Notes under the pieces: generated by a model
The model's database searches: none
The model's input: the letters and a program-made list of their open reading frames with translations, nothing else
What the model was told of the DNA's origin: nothing
NCBI GenBank assembly: GCA_965216875.1
Contig: OZ244207.1
Span: 7,584,001-7,648,000, forward strand
DNA: 64,000 nt
Direction: 5' to 3'
Source: Rubripirellula sp.
GTDB taxonomy: Bacteria > Planctomycetota > Planctomycetia > Pirellulales > Pirellulaceae
Program-made: the position numbers and the translations under genes
Shown: piece by piece, positions 20,524 through 29,868 of the stretch
Numbering within the stretch: position 1 is the stretch's first letter
Layout of the letters: each line of letters opens with the position of its first letter

Positions 20524-21731
20524 ACACGACACCAACAAAACTGCGCCGTTACCTTTACTGGGGAATTGGGTTGGCCTTGCTGATCATGGCCGTCTTCTAC
20601 GCATTGCGCCCCGTTCCTGTCCTGGTCGATGTTGCGGTGGTCCAGCGTGAACCGATGGAAGTGACCGTTGACGAGGACGGTGTGACTCGTATTCGCGAGC
20701 GGTATGTCATTTCGACGCCACTCGCGGGACGTTTGCAGCGGATCTCGTTCGATGTCGGCGATGATGTGACGGCGGGGACAACGATTGTCGCGCGAATGGA
20801 ACCAACGTCGCCAACACTGTTGGATCCCCGCGAAGTAGCTCAAGCACGAGCACGCGTGCGCGCGGCCGAACGCAAACTCGAGGCGTCCAAGGCATCGTTG
20901 GCGAAAGCGGAAGCAGCCGTGCAGTTTGCTGAATCGGAAATGGGCCGGGTGCGAAGTTTGCGCGATCGCAACGCATCGTCGGATCTTGAATTCGAAACAC
21001 GCGAGCTTGAATTCCGACAAAGCACCGAAGAAGCACGCGCTGCAGGCTTCGCCGTCGACATCGCTGTATATGAACTGGAACTCGAAAAGGCCGCAATGCT
21101 GCTTACCGATCCCGACGCCAACGGTTCGTCGGTCATGGAGCTTTCGATCAAAGCGCCCATTGATGGTCGTATCTTGCGGATCTATCAGGAAAGCACTGCG
21201 GTTCTGGTCGCCGGCAGTCCGCTGGTCGAGATTGGAGATCCGTCCGATTTGGAAATTGTTGCCGACGTACTCTCAAGAGACGCCGTGCGCATCCACGCTG
21301 GCAACCCCGTTCGTTTGGAGCATTGGGGTGGAACTCAACCGCTGATTGGCCGCGTCCGTCTGGTGGAACCTTCCGGTTTCACAAAACTCTCGGCGCTCGG
21401 CGTCGAAGAACAACGGGTCAACGCCATCATCGACTTGGTCGATCCACCCGACGCAAGGCCAACGCTCGGGGATAACTTTCGTGTTGATTGTCGCATCGCC
21501 GTGTGGCGCGGCGAGGATGTCTTGCAAGTGCCTACTAGCGCGCTTTTTCGAATCGAAGGTGATTGGCATGTCTTCATCGCCTCGGGCGGGATTGCAAAGA
21601 AGATACCGATCGATATCGAACACACCAACGGCCAGTACGCGCAAGTCACAGGCGGATTGGAACCAGGACAACGGGTCATCGTGCACCCAGGCGACAAGGT
21701 GCAAGACGGCGTCCATGTGGCGCTGCGCTAG
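20520..21731 (+). CDS. Periplasmic adaptor (membrane fusion protein)
   Basis: N-terminal TM, lipoyl halves (ISTPLAG, IKAPIDG), coiled coil, SALGVEEQRV, GLEPGQRVIVHP. Confidence 0.9.
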   Translation: MNTTPTKLRRYLYWGIGLALLIMAVFYALRPVPVLVDVAVVQREPMEVTVDEDGVTRIRERYVISTPLAGRLQRISFDVGDDVTAGTTIVARMEPTSPTLLDPREVAQARARVRAAERKLEASKASLAKAEAAVQFAESEMGRVRSLRDRNASSDLEFETRELEFRQSTEEARAAGFAVDIAVYELELEKAAMLLTDPDANGSSVMELSIKAPIDGRILRIYQESTAVLVAGSPLVEIGDPSDLEIVADVLSRDAVRIHAGNPVRLEHWGGTQPLIGRVRLVEPSGFTKLSALGVEEQRVNAIIDLVDPPDARPTLGDNFRVDCRIAVWRGEDVLQVPTSALFRIEGDWHVFIASGGIAKKIPIDIEHTNGQYAQVTGGLEPGQRVIVHPGDKVQDGVHVALR

Positions 21732-21778
21732 TCCGCGATCCGGATCTCCACTGGCTTGGTAAACGGTTTTACGCGTGC

Positions 21779-22612
21779 CTAGATCGCCCCAATTGCCTTG
21801 ATGTGTTCGGGACCTGTTCCGCAGCAACCGCCGATGATCGTTGCGCCCGCGTCGATCCAACTCCTGGCAAACTTCGCGTAGGTCGCCGCGCCTGGTTCGG
21901 TACTCGATTGCCAGCCGATGTTGTCGTCGACTCGGCCCGCATTCGCATAGGCGCCGATTGGAACGCCAAGCCTTGCACCGGCAAGTCTCTCGACAAAACG
22001 AAGTGTCATGGTTGCGGGGATGCAGTTGACGAGGATCGCCGACGCACCTTGATCGACCGCTCGCCGTGCTCCTTCGTCGATTTCTGCTAGTGAAAGTAAG
22101 TCGCCATCAGGGCCAGCGGTAAAGGCGACCCAAGTTTCAATGCCCGTTTTCACACCCGCGCCGACTGCCGCGACCGCTTCGCCTACATGGGGAAACGTCT
22201 CGCACAGCAGCAGGTCACAACCCGCTTCGGCCAACGCCTCGGCCATCTCGCGATGTTCGCTTTCGGGATGCTCCGGTGAAAGATCGGGGCGATAACAATC
22301 TTCGAGCGGTGAGATGCATCCAGCAATGCGTTGGGACTGGCTCGGAACGTCGGATGACTCGATCGCGTGCCTGGTGAGTGCGACGGCTTCGCGGGTGAGC
22401 CGTTCCCAATCGTCACCCGCTGTTCGGCGTTTGGTGCGAAACGTGTTGGCCGTTTGCACGATCGCCCCAGCAGCGATGTAGTCACGGTGGATCTGCCGCA
22501 CGACGTCGGGAGCCGAATCGATCGCCGACGCACTCCAAAGTGGCAGCGTTGTGTCGACACCACGTGCATCGAGCTGCGTTCCGAGCGGACCGTCCAACAG
22601 AATCGGCTTCAT
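21779..22612 (-). CDS. Homocysteine S-methyltransferase family protein
   Basis: LLDGPLGT.L, H.DYIAAGA, LLCET, VNC, IIGGCCGTGPEHI (Zn ligands). Confidence 0.9.
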   Translation of the reverse strand: MKPILLDGPLGTQLDARGVDTTLPLWSASAIDSAPDVVRQIHRDYIAAGAIVQTANTFRTKRRTAGDDWERLTREAVALTRHAIESSDVPSQSQRIAGCISPLEDCYRPDLSPEHPESEHREMAEALAEAGCDLLLCETFPHVGEAVAAVGAGVKTGIETWVAFTAGPDGDLLSLAEIDEGARRAVDQGASAILVNCIPATMTLRFVERLAGARLGVPIGAYANAGRVDDNIGWQSSTEPGAATYAKFARSWIDAGATIIGGCCGTGPEHIKAIGAI

Positions 22613-22617
22613 GGCGG

Positions 22618-24894
22618 TTAGCCGACGAGTTCGGCAGCCTTGTCTTTGGCTTGTTTCAAATCAAGCTTGCCTGTGCCCAGCATCGGAATCTTGTCAACAA
22701 CAAAGAAACTGTCCGGTGAGGGAATGAAAAGGTTGGGCAGGCCCGCTTCGCTTAGCTTCGCCCGCACCTGATCGATTTCTCGGTCGGTTTCCAAGTGCAA
22801 CACGATCAGGCGTTCACCTTTCTTGGGATCGGGAACGGCCGTCACACAAACACGAACCTCTTCGTCTTCGTCGCCTTCGCAAAAGATCTGCGAAAGCTCA
22901 TCCTCGATTTTGACGTGCGGGACCATCTCGCCGCCAATCTTCGAAAAACGACTGACCCGTCCGGTGATGTGCAAGAAACCCTCTTTGTCGACGTGGGCAA
23001 TATCGCCGGTGTTGTACCAACCCTCTTGGATCGCTTCCTTGGTCTGCTCTTCGCGATTGGCATAACCCTGCATGACGTTGGGCCCGGTGATCATGAGCAT
23101 TCCGTCTTCGCCAGCTTCCAGTTCTTCGCCGGTATCGGGTGAAACAATTCGAGCCGAAACTCCGGGCAGCGGTCGACCGACGGAGCCTTCGACCAAATCG
23201 GGTTGGTATTTTGCAGAGGATCGCGTGGGCGGGATGTTGACCGAAACCAGCGGGCTCAGTTCCGTCGCACCGTAACCTTCGACGGGGCGGATACCAAACT
23301 TCTTTTCAAACGCGTCGAATAAGTCGGCCGGCATTTTTTCAGCGCCCACCACAACGACATCAAGCGATTTGAATTGCTCTGGCGTCACACGCCGCAAGTA
23401 ACTTCTCAGGAAGGTCGGTGTGCCAAGCAAGACGGACACGTCGTGTCTTTCACAAAGCTTACCGATCTGCCGAGCGTCAAGCGGGTTGTAGTGATAGATC
23501 CCTTTGGGGCCCAGCGTTTGAGCCGCCCAAAGCGTTACCGAGTATCCAAATGAATGGAAGAACGGCAGGATGCCAAGCACGGTGTCTTGGTTGTCCAACC
23601 GGATCGCCCGTTCGATCGCATCGACGTTGTGGCTGATGTTCGTGTTCGAGAGCATCACGCCCTTTGGCATGCCCGTTGATCCACTGGTGAAAATGATCGT
23701 CAGCAGGTCGTCGCCGTGAACCTTGTGTAGGCCCAACATGCGAGTCAGCAGACCCGCGGGAACGAGTCTCGCTTGGATCGCGGCGATCGCTTTGTCCATC
23801 GCCGTGACTTTGTCCTTGAGTTTTTCAAGGATGATCATTTCGGCATCGAGATCGAAATCGAGTTTGCTGAGGAACTTTTCGCTTGTCAGCACATGCTTGA
23901 TACCAACATCGGCAATGCAGTGGTTTAGGACTTCGCTGCTGACAGTGTAGTTCAAGTTCGCAGAAACGCGTTGGTCCATCGCCAAGGCAACGTTGACGAC
24001 CACACCGCCAACGGCTGGCGGCAGCAAGACACCAACGACCTTTTCGTCGTCAGTAAACACTTCTCGGCGGAGCATGCGTCGCAGCGCGAGAACGCGGGTC
24101 AGCAGGTCACGTGCGGACACAGCTTGGCCCGACGAATCGGCAGCTTGAACGCGACTGCCGTTTCTTTTCCAAACCTTGATGACACGACTTGCAAGGTTCG
24201 GGTAGCGAAAACGTTGTTCAGTCGTTGCGTGGGATCCCAGGGCTTGCACTTGTGTTCTCACTTTTTCCAACGAGGTTGTGCCATCAAGGGGTTTGCCAAT
24301 GTATAGCGTTAGGGTTCGGTGAAGTCGTCTCGGCCATTTGAAGAAAAACTTGCCCCCCGAGAAGCTAAAGATGCTGCCCCACATCCCCTCGAGCCACATG
24401 GGGACGATGGGAACATCATCGGTCCCTTTCAGGATTTTGGTCAGTCCGGGGCGAAAGGCTTGAAGTTGTCCTGTGCGGGTGATCGTGCCTTCTGGAAAGA
24501 TCCCGATCACCTCTCCTGACTTGACCCCTTCACGCGCCGTTTTTAGCGCCCGCCCGATCGATTTTGGGTTGGGATGCATCAAAATCGTATCGAATGCGCC
24601 GGCTAGCCATTCACCAGCCTTGCCCGGAAAGTTGCCCCCGTCGACCACGAAGCGGACATTCCGCGGCAGCATCCACAGGATCAATATTCCATCCAGGTAG
24701 GAAACGTGGTTGCAGACGACGACGCATCCTGATTCTGGCAAGTTTTCCAGGCCAAAAACGCGTTTGCGGTAGAGGAGCCCCAGAATCACACGAAACGGAC
24801 CCCGGACAAACAGCCGCCGGTTAAAAATCGCCAGCAGCAGTAAACTCACGATCGCCGCGACGACAATCACGATGGTGGTTTGAAATCCGGTCAC
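22618..24894 (-). CDS. Aas-like acyltransferase (PlsC) plus AMP-binding acyl-ACP synthetase
   Basis: NHVSYLD, FPEG, FTSGSTGMPKG, EGYGATE, TGD, KIGGEMV. Confidence 0.88.
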   Translation of the reverse strand: MTGFQTTIVIVVAAIVSLLLLAIFNRRLFVRGPFRVILGLLYRKRVFGLENLPESGCVVVCNHVSYLDGILILWMLPRNVRFVVDGGNFPGKAGEWLAGAFDTILMHPNPKSIGRALKTAREGVKSGEVIGIFPEGTITRTGQLQAFRPGLTKILKGTDDVPIVPMWLEGMWGSIFSFSGGKFFFKWPRRLHRTLTLYIGKPLDGTTSLEKVRTQVQALGSHATTEQRFRYPNLASRVIKVWKRNGSRVQAADSSGQAVSARDLLTRVLALRRMLRREVFTDDEKVVGVLLPPAVGGVVVNVALAMDQRVSANLNYTVSSEVLNHCIADVGIKHVLTSEKFLSKLDFDLDAEMIILEKLKDKVTAMDKAIAAIQARLVPAGLLTRMLGLHKVHGDDLLTIIFTSGSTGMPKGVMLSNTNISHNVDAIERAIRLDNQDTVLGILPFFHSFGYSVTLWAAQTLGPKGIYHYNPLDARQIGKLCERHDVSVLLGTPTFLRSYLRRVTPEQFKSLDVVVVGAEKMPADLFDAFEKKFGIRPVEGYGATELSPLVSVNIPPTRSSAKYQPDLVEGSVGRPLPGVSARIVSPDTGEELEAGEDGMLMITGPNVMQGYANREEQTKEAIQEGWYNTGDIAHVDKEGFLHITGRVSRFSKIGGEMVPHVKIEDELSQIFCEGDEDEEVRVCVTAVPDPKKGERLIVLHLETDREIDQVRAKLSEAGLPNLFIPSPDSFFVVDKIPMLGTGKLDLKQAKDKAAELVG

Positions 24895-25050
24895 GCTTTC
24901 CTTCTCGTTTCCCTACCTGTTGCCCAATCCTAAGTTGAGTTGCCCCATAGAGTAACGAATCGACGGCCAATTCACCTAGCTCGGATTCCCAGCCGTGACA
25001 CCCTGGCAACGGACATTCAGGGCGGACACCAAAATCCAGCCGCTAGAGGG

Positions 25051-25416
25051 TTCCACCTTCTGGCGAAGGTAGCTCCGTTGGTAGTACCGCCTTTAGGCGG
25101 AATCTACAGACTCTTCCGCCTCAAGGCGGGACTACAAACGACTCGTGAGCCGAACGCGCTAGCGTCGAGCCATAATCTTCGTAGCTACGCTCGCCAGCCT
25201 GACAGCACCTTCCACCTTCTAGCGAAGGTAGCTCCGTTCGTAGTATTGCCTTTAGGCTGAATCTACAGACTCTTCCGCCTCAAGGCGGGACTACAAACGA
25301 CCCGCGAGCCGAACGCGCTCGCGTCGGGCCCTAATCTTCGTAGCTACGCTCGCCAGAGCGTGGAGTGGTAGAAAGCGGTCTGACAGCACCTTCCACCTTC
25401 TGGCGAAGGTAGCTAC
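25051..25416. repeat. BIME-like tandem mosaic of GTAG-type REP hairpins
   Basis: ttccaccttc..gcgaaggtagct recurs at 25051, 25210 and 25391 (periods 159 and 181 bp); units contain three different hairpin families. Confidence 0.9.
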
Positions 25417-25456
25417 GTGAGTCGCGATCGCGTGAGCGGCCGGGTCTTTCACTCCC

Positions 25457-25540
25457 TCACGCGTGATGCGAACACCCGTCATGCGGAGCATGACCTACGA
25501 CTCACGCGTGATGTGAACGCCCGTCATGCGGAGCATGACC
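25457..25540. repeat. 44-bp tandem duplication carrying a fourth REP-like hairpin
   Basis: ctcacgcgtgatgYgaacRcccgtcatgcggagcatgacc twice; reverse strand GTAG-gtcatgc-tcc-gcatgac. Confidence 0.85.
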
Positions 25541-25785
25541 ATCCGGCGATCATTTTGGGCAACACAAAGATGGAAGACTTCGCCGGTGTTCCCAAGCCGA
25601 ACGATCCAGCAGGTTGGACGAAGTGGAACTCTTCGTGCCATACCTGTCACGGATCCACCTCTGGCGATGCGTCTCAGCAAGCGTTCTTTCCGTTCCACGT
25701 CTGGACGGGACCGATCACCGATCCAGGGATCAACGCCTATGAGTCATTGGATTTCGTTTGGTCCATTGCCTTCCATGCGAGGTAG
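25541..25785 (+). pseudogene. 3' remnant of a CxxCH heme protein gene
   Basis: Protein-like ILGNTKMEDF..NSSCHTCH..DFVWSIAFHAR*; its 5' side runs directly into REP repeats. Confidence 0.55.
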
Positions 25786-25969
25786 CTATGTAGGGCTACC
25801 GTCGGCCCAAACGTGCTGATATCGCTCCGAAAAGGGGATGCGACGTGTTTCGGCAACGCGTCGCAATCGTTGGTACAATCGTGCAGCGCCGCCAGTTTGT
25901 GTGACCAACACAAACTGGCCGGTCCTGCCCAAGCCACCACCCCCTCCCCAATATTCCGGAGCCGATGTG

Positions 25970-28900
25970 ATGCAACGTTCGTTCATCGCGCCGATGACGC
26001 TGCTCGGACCAGTCTTCTCTTGTCTGATCCTCCTTTCGCCCGCCCACAGTGACGAAGCCGATTCTCTGGCTTCGAAACTACTTGAAGAGTCGGGGATCTC
26101 TGCCGGCTTTTTTGTCCATCATGGAGCCAATGATGGTGAACTGGCCAATGCCCTAAAACGCAACAACGCCACTCAAGTTCACGGGCTCTTTAAAGAATCA
26201 TCCGCTCTCGACGCTGCCCGCAAACAACTGGTTGCTCAAGGGATCAATGGAGAGATCTCGTTCGACCTGCAAAGTGGTTCGCAGCTTCCCTACGTCGACA
26301 ACCTGGTCAATCTTTTCGTGAGTGACGACCTCGGTGATGTGGCGCTTGACGAAGTGCTTCGAGTGTTGGTTCCCAACGGCGCGGCCATGATCAAAGAGGA
26401 CGGTCAATGGCGCAAGACTGTCAAGCCACGGCCTGAGGAAATTGACGAATGGTCCCACTACCTGCACGACGCGACCGGAAACTCGGTCGCGCACGATGAT
26501 GTCGTCGGCCCCCCACGGCACCTTCAATGGGTCGGCAGTCCAAGGTGGTCTCGACATCACGACCGCATGGCGAGCATGAGTGCCTTGGTTTCAACCAATG
26601 GTCGCATGTTCTACATCATGGATGAAGGCAGCCGGGTTTCGATTCAACTGCCATCGGATTGGAAATTGATCGCCCGCGATGCGTTCAACGGCACGATCCT
26701 GTGGAAACGCGATATCAAGGATTGGCAAAGTCACCTTTGGCCTCTCAAGAGTGGTCCCACCCAACTTGCGCGTCGTTTGGTTTCGACCGACGAGATGGTC
26801 TTTACCACTTTGGGGTTCAACGAACCCTTGGTCGCTCTTGATGCCGCATCTGGCGAGACGATTCACACCTTCGAAGGAAGCGATTCGACCGAAGAGATCA
26901 TTCACACCGACGATAAGCTTTTCTTGGTGGTGCGAAAGGGAAAAGCAGAACTCCAGGATTACGCACCGCTGCACGGCACCGTCGGCGACCAAGCACGTAG
27001 TCGCAACTTTTTCTGGAATGAAGAACCGCGCGTAGTGATGGCGTTTGATGCCTCAAGCGGTAAGCCGTTGTGGGCCAAGAAGACCGTCGTCTCGCCGCTC
27101 ACACTTGCGGCTGACGCGTCGCGTCTCTACTTACATGACGGCGAAAAAGTGATCAGTCTGGATCAGAAGAGTGGCGACGTCGCATGGGAAACGGAGCCCG
27201 TGACACGCCGCCAGGCTTTCACCTTTAATTTTGGTCCAAGATTGGTGATTCACGAGGATGTGGTGCTTTACGCCGGTGGCGATGGCAACATGAAAAGCCT
27301 CGATTCCAAGAGTGGGGCCGAATTGTGGAAAGCAAGTTTTCCAAACAGCGGGTATCAGTCACCTCAAGACCTGATGGTGGTTGGCGGTTTGGTTTGGCTC
27401 GCCCCGCTCACCTCGGGACGCGACTCGGGGGTCTACACCGGGCGCGATCCACGGACCGGCGAGGTGAAAAAAGAGTTTGCTCCAGACGTCGATACCTACT
27501 GGTTTCATCATCGTTGCTACATTGCCAAAGCGACCGATAAATTCCTGATGCCGTCGCGAACGGGCATCGAGTTTGTCGACCCGACGAAAGAACATTGGGA
27601 CATTCACCATTGGGTTCGCGGCGGTTGCCTGTACGGTGTGATGCCGTGTAACGGATTGACCTACGCACCGCCCCACAACTGTGCGTGCTATCCCGAAGCC
27701 AAGTTGTTTGGGTTCAATTCGCTTGCTCCGTCAAGTTCAACGAGACCTGTTCCGGTCAACGTTCCAGAACAAGGACGCCTGGAGCAGGGCCCGGCGATCT
27801 CGAACGCCTTGATTGACATCGATGCTGAAAGTGAGGACTGGCCAACCTATCGGCACGATGGGCAACGAACCGGAACCGCCGGGACAACGGTTGGCGGCGA
27901 ACTCCAACAGAGCTGGGCGACCGAACTGGGAGGCACGCTGACCGCGCCAGTGATCGCCGATGGCACGGTCTACGTCGCCCAAGTCGACAAGCACACGCTG
28001 CATGCACTCGATCAACAGAACGGATCGACTAAGTGGACGTACACGATCGGCGCTCGGATCGACTCGCCCCCTACCGTTTCACGGGGACGTGTTGTGTTTG
28101 GCGGTGCCGACGGTTGGGTCTATTGCTTGAACGCTACCGACGGCGCACTGGCTTGGCGCTATCGTGCCGCACCACTTGATCGACGCACGATGGCTTTTGA
28201 GCAACTTGAATCGCTTTGGCCTGTGCACGGGAGTGTTCTCGTTCAAGACAACATCGTTCATTGCGTCGCCGGACGTTCGATGTTCCTTGATGGTGGTCTA
28301 CGCATGTTGAGGCTTGATCTCGCCACTGGCAAGAAACTGTCCGAAACGTTGATGGACGACAAAAACCCCGACACCGGCAACAACATGCAAGAGAAGCTCC
28401 AAATCTTGCAAATGCCCGTTGGACTGCCCGACATTCTCTCGAGTGACGGAAAACACCTTTTTATGAAGTCACAGAAGTTTGACCTCGAAGGCAACCGCCT
28501 CGAAATCGGTCCAAACTCGGGCGACTTTGCCGGGCAAGCTTCCAAGCAACGCGGCGACGACGCACACATTTTTGCCCCCATGGGCTTTCTGGATGACAGC
28601 TGGTTCCATCGATCCTATTGGGTTCATGGCCAAAGTTTCGCGGGTGGCCACGGCGGCTACTACCAAGCCGGTCGTTTTGCACCCTCAGGCCGACTGTTGG
28701 TTCGCGGCAATGGCTATGTGTTCGGCTATGGTCGCAAGCCCGAGTATTTGCGATGGACCACGGTGTTGGAGCATCAGCTGTTTGCGGCCGAACCAAACCC
28801 ACCTGAAATTCCGGCGGGGTTTGGCAAGAAGAACTCGGGCGGCGGATCGTACGCTGGTTTCGGGAAGCCAAAAACACTCAACCCGGCTGGCAAGCCAATC

Positions 28901-29857
28901 ACGGTTGAAGCTTGGGTTACTTCGACCAAGCCGCAGGGAGTCATCATTGCTCGCGGTGGACCTTCCGAAGGATTTGCCTTGGCTCTGCAAGGTGGTCGTC
29001 CAGCCTTCATGATTCGCTCGAAGAGTCAGTTGAGTACGGTCACCGGCAAGAAGCGAATCGTCGGTGGCTGGCATCATGTTGTCGGTGTTCTCGACGAAGA
29101 CCGATCGATGAAGCTTTACGTTGACGGCCAAATGGTCGGAGAAGGTGAAGCGTCTGGCTTGATCGCTAGTGATCCTGCACAAGGTCTGGAGATTGGCGCC
29201 GACGCCCAAACCTCCGTTGGCGAATACAACACCGATCTTTCCTTCACCGGCGCCATCGACGAAGTGCGTTTGTACTTCCTCGCAGCCGACAAAAATCAAA
29301 TCCTCAGGCGTTACGCGGATGGCTCCGAGATCTCCAGCGAAGCGGTTCTCGCAGTTAGTTTTGATGATGGAACGGCACGAGATCATTCCTTGCACAAACA
29401 CGACGGAACGATGCAGGGCGGCCAGATTGTCGACGGTAAATTTGGCAAGGCCGCCCAGTTCTCGGCAAAGAAACGCGGCGCGAACAGCACCTCCAAACCT
29501 GGAAATAGTCTCGTTGCACCCAAGTGGGCTCAAGATGTCCCGATCTACGTTCGGGCGATGACGTTGGCTGGCAAAAACCTCTTCATCGTCGGGCCGCCAG
29601 ACATCATTGACGAAGAGGAAACCTTCGAGAAACTGTCCGAAAGCGACCCGCAAGTCCAAGAGTTGTTGGCCCAGCAAGACAAAGTTCTCAAAGGAAGCCA
29701 AGGTTCCATCTTGCTAGCCGTCAACACTGATAGCGGTCAAGTCACCAGCGGCGTCAACCTCGACATGCTGCCTCAGTGGGATGGCTTGGCGGCAGCCAAC
29801 AAGCAGTTGTTTTTGACGACCAAGGATGGCCAAGTCCTTTGTTTTGCCGGTAAGTAG
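25970..29857 (+). CDS. Large secreted protein: methyltransferase-like domain, PQQ-like/BamB beta-propellers and a LamG domain
   Basis: Signal peptide; LPYVDNLVNL..EVLRVLVPNG; many A.D..G..W blades; WPTYRHD; LamG motifs TVEAWV, WHHVVGV, LYVDG, FTGAIDEVRLY. Confidence 0.8.
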   Translation: MQRSFIAPMTLLGPVFSCLILLSPAHSDEADSLASKLLEESGISAGFFVHHGANDGELANALKRNNATQVHGLFKESSALDAARKQLVAQGINGEISFDLQSGSQLPYVDNLVNLFVSDDLGDVALDEVLRVLVPNGAAMIKEDGQWRKTVKPRPEEIDEWSHYLHDATGNSVAHDDVVGPPRHLQWVGSPRWSRHHDRMASMSALVSTNGRMFYIMDEGSRVSIQLPSDWKLIARDAFNGTILWKRDIKDWQSHLWPLKSGPTQLARRLVSTDEMVFTTLGFNEPLVALDAASGETIHTFEGSDSTEEIIHTDDKLFLVVRKGKAELQDYAPLHGTVGDQARSRNFFWNEEPRVVMAFDASSGKPLWAKKTVVSPLTLAADASRLYLHDGEKVISLDQKSGDVAWETEPVTRRQAFTFNFGPRLVIHEDVVLYAGGDGNMKSLDSKSGAELWKASFPNSGYQSPQDLMVVGGLVWLAPLTSGRDSGVYTGRDPRTGEVKKEFAPDVDTYWFHHRCYIAKATDKFLMPSRTGIEFVDPTKEHWDIHHWVRGGCLYGVMPCNGLTYAPPHNCACYPEAKLFGFNSLAPSSSTRPVPVNVPEQGRLEQGPAISNALIDIDAESEDWPTYRHDGQRTGTAGTTVGGELQQSWATELGGTLTAPVIADGTVYVAQVDKHTLHALDQQNGSTKWTYTIGARIDSPPTVSRGRVVFGGADGWVYCLNATDGALAWRYRAAPLDRRTMAFEQLESLWPVHGSVLVQDNIVHCVAGRSMFLDGGLRMLRLDLATGKKLSETLMDDKNPDTGNNMQEKLQILQMPVGLPDILSSDGKHLFMKSQKFDLEGNRLEIGPNSGDFAGQASKQRGDDAHIFAPMGFLDDSWFHRSYWVHGQSFAGGHGGYYQAGRFAPSGRLLVRGNGYVFGYGRKPEYLRWTTVLEHQLFAAEPNPPEIPAGFGKKNSGGGSYAGFGKPKTLNPAGKPITVEAWVTSTKPQGVIIARGGPSEGFALALQGGRPAFMIRSKSQLSTVTGKKRIVGGWHHVVGVLDEDRSMKLYVDGQMVGEGEASGLIASDPAQGLEIGADAQTSVGEYNTDLSFTGAIDEVRLYFLAADKNQILRRYADGSEISSEAVLAVSFDDGTARDHSLHKHDGTMQGGQIVDGKFGKAAQFSAKKRGANSTSKPGNSLVAPKWAQDVPIYVRAMTLAGKNLFIVGPPDIIDEEETFEKLSESDPQVQELLAQQDKVLKGSQGSILLAVNTDSGQVTSGVNLDMLPQWDGLAAANKQLFLTTKDGQVLCFAGK

Positions 29858-29868
29858 CGGAGCGCTGG

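Noticed and set aside
24940..25491. ORFs 24940-25260 and 25291-25491 with internal peptide repeats
   Set aside because: Translations of the REP mosaic
25051..25540. Possible CRISPR array
   Set aside because: Units are 159-181 bp with repeated rather than unique spacers, there are no cas genes, and the same hairpins are dispersed elsewhere; this fits REP/BIME
25970..29857. Calling the giant protein a PQQ-dependent dehydrogenase or BamB
   Set aside because: Only generic propeller blades are seen; no quinoprotein active-site motifs or pqq genes, and the architecture differs from BamB
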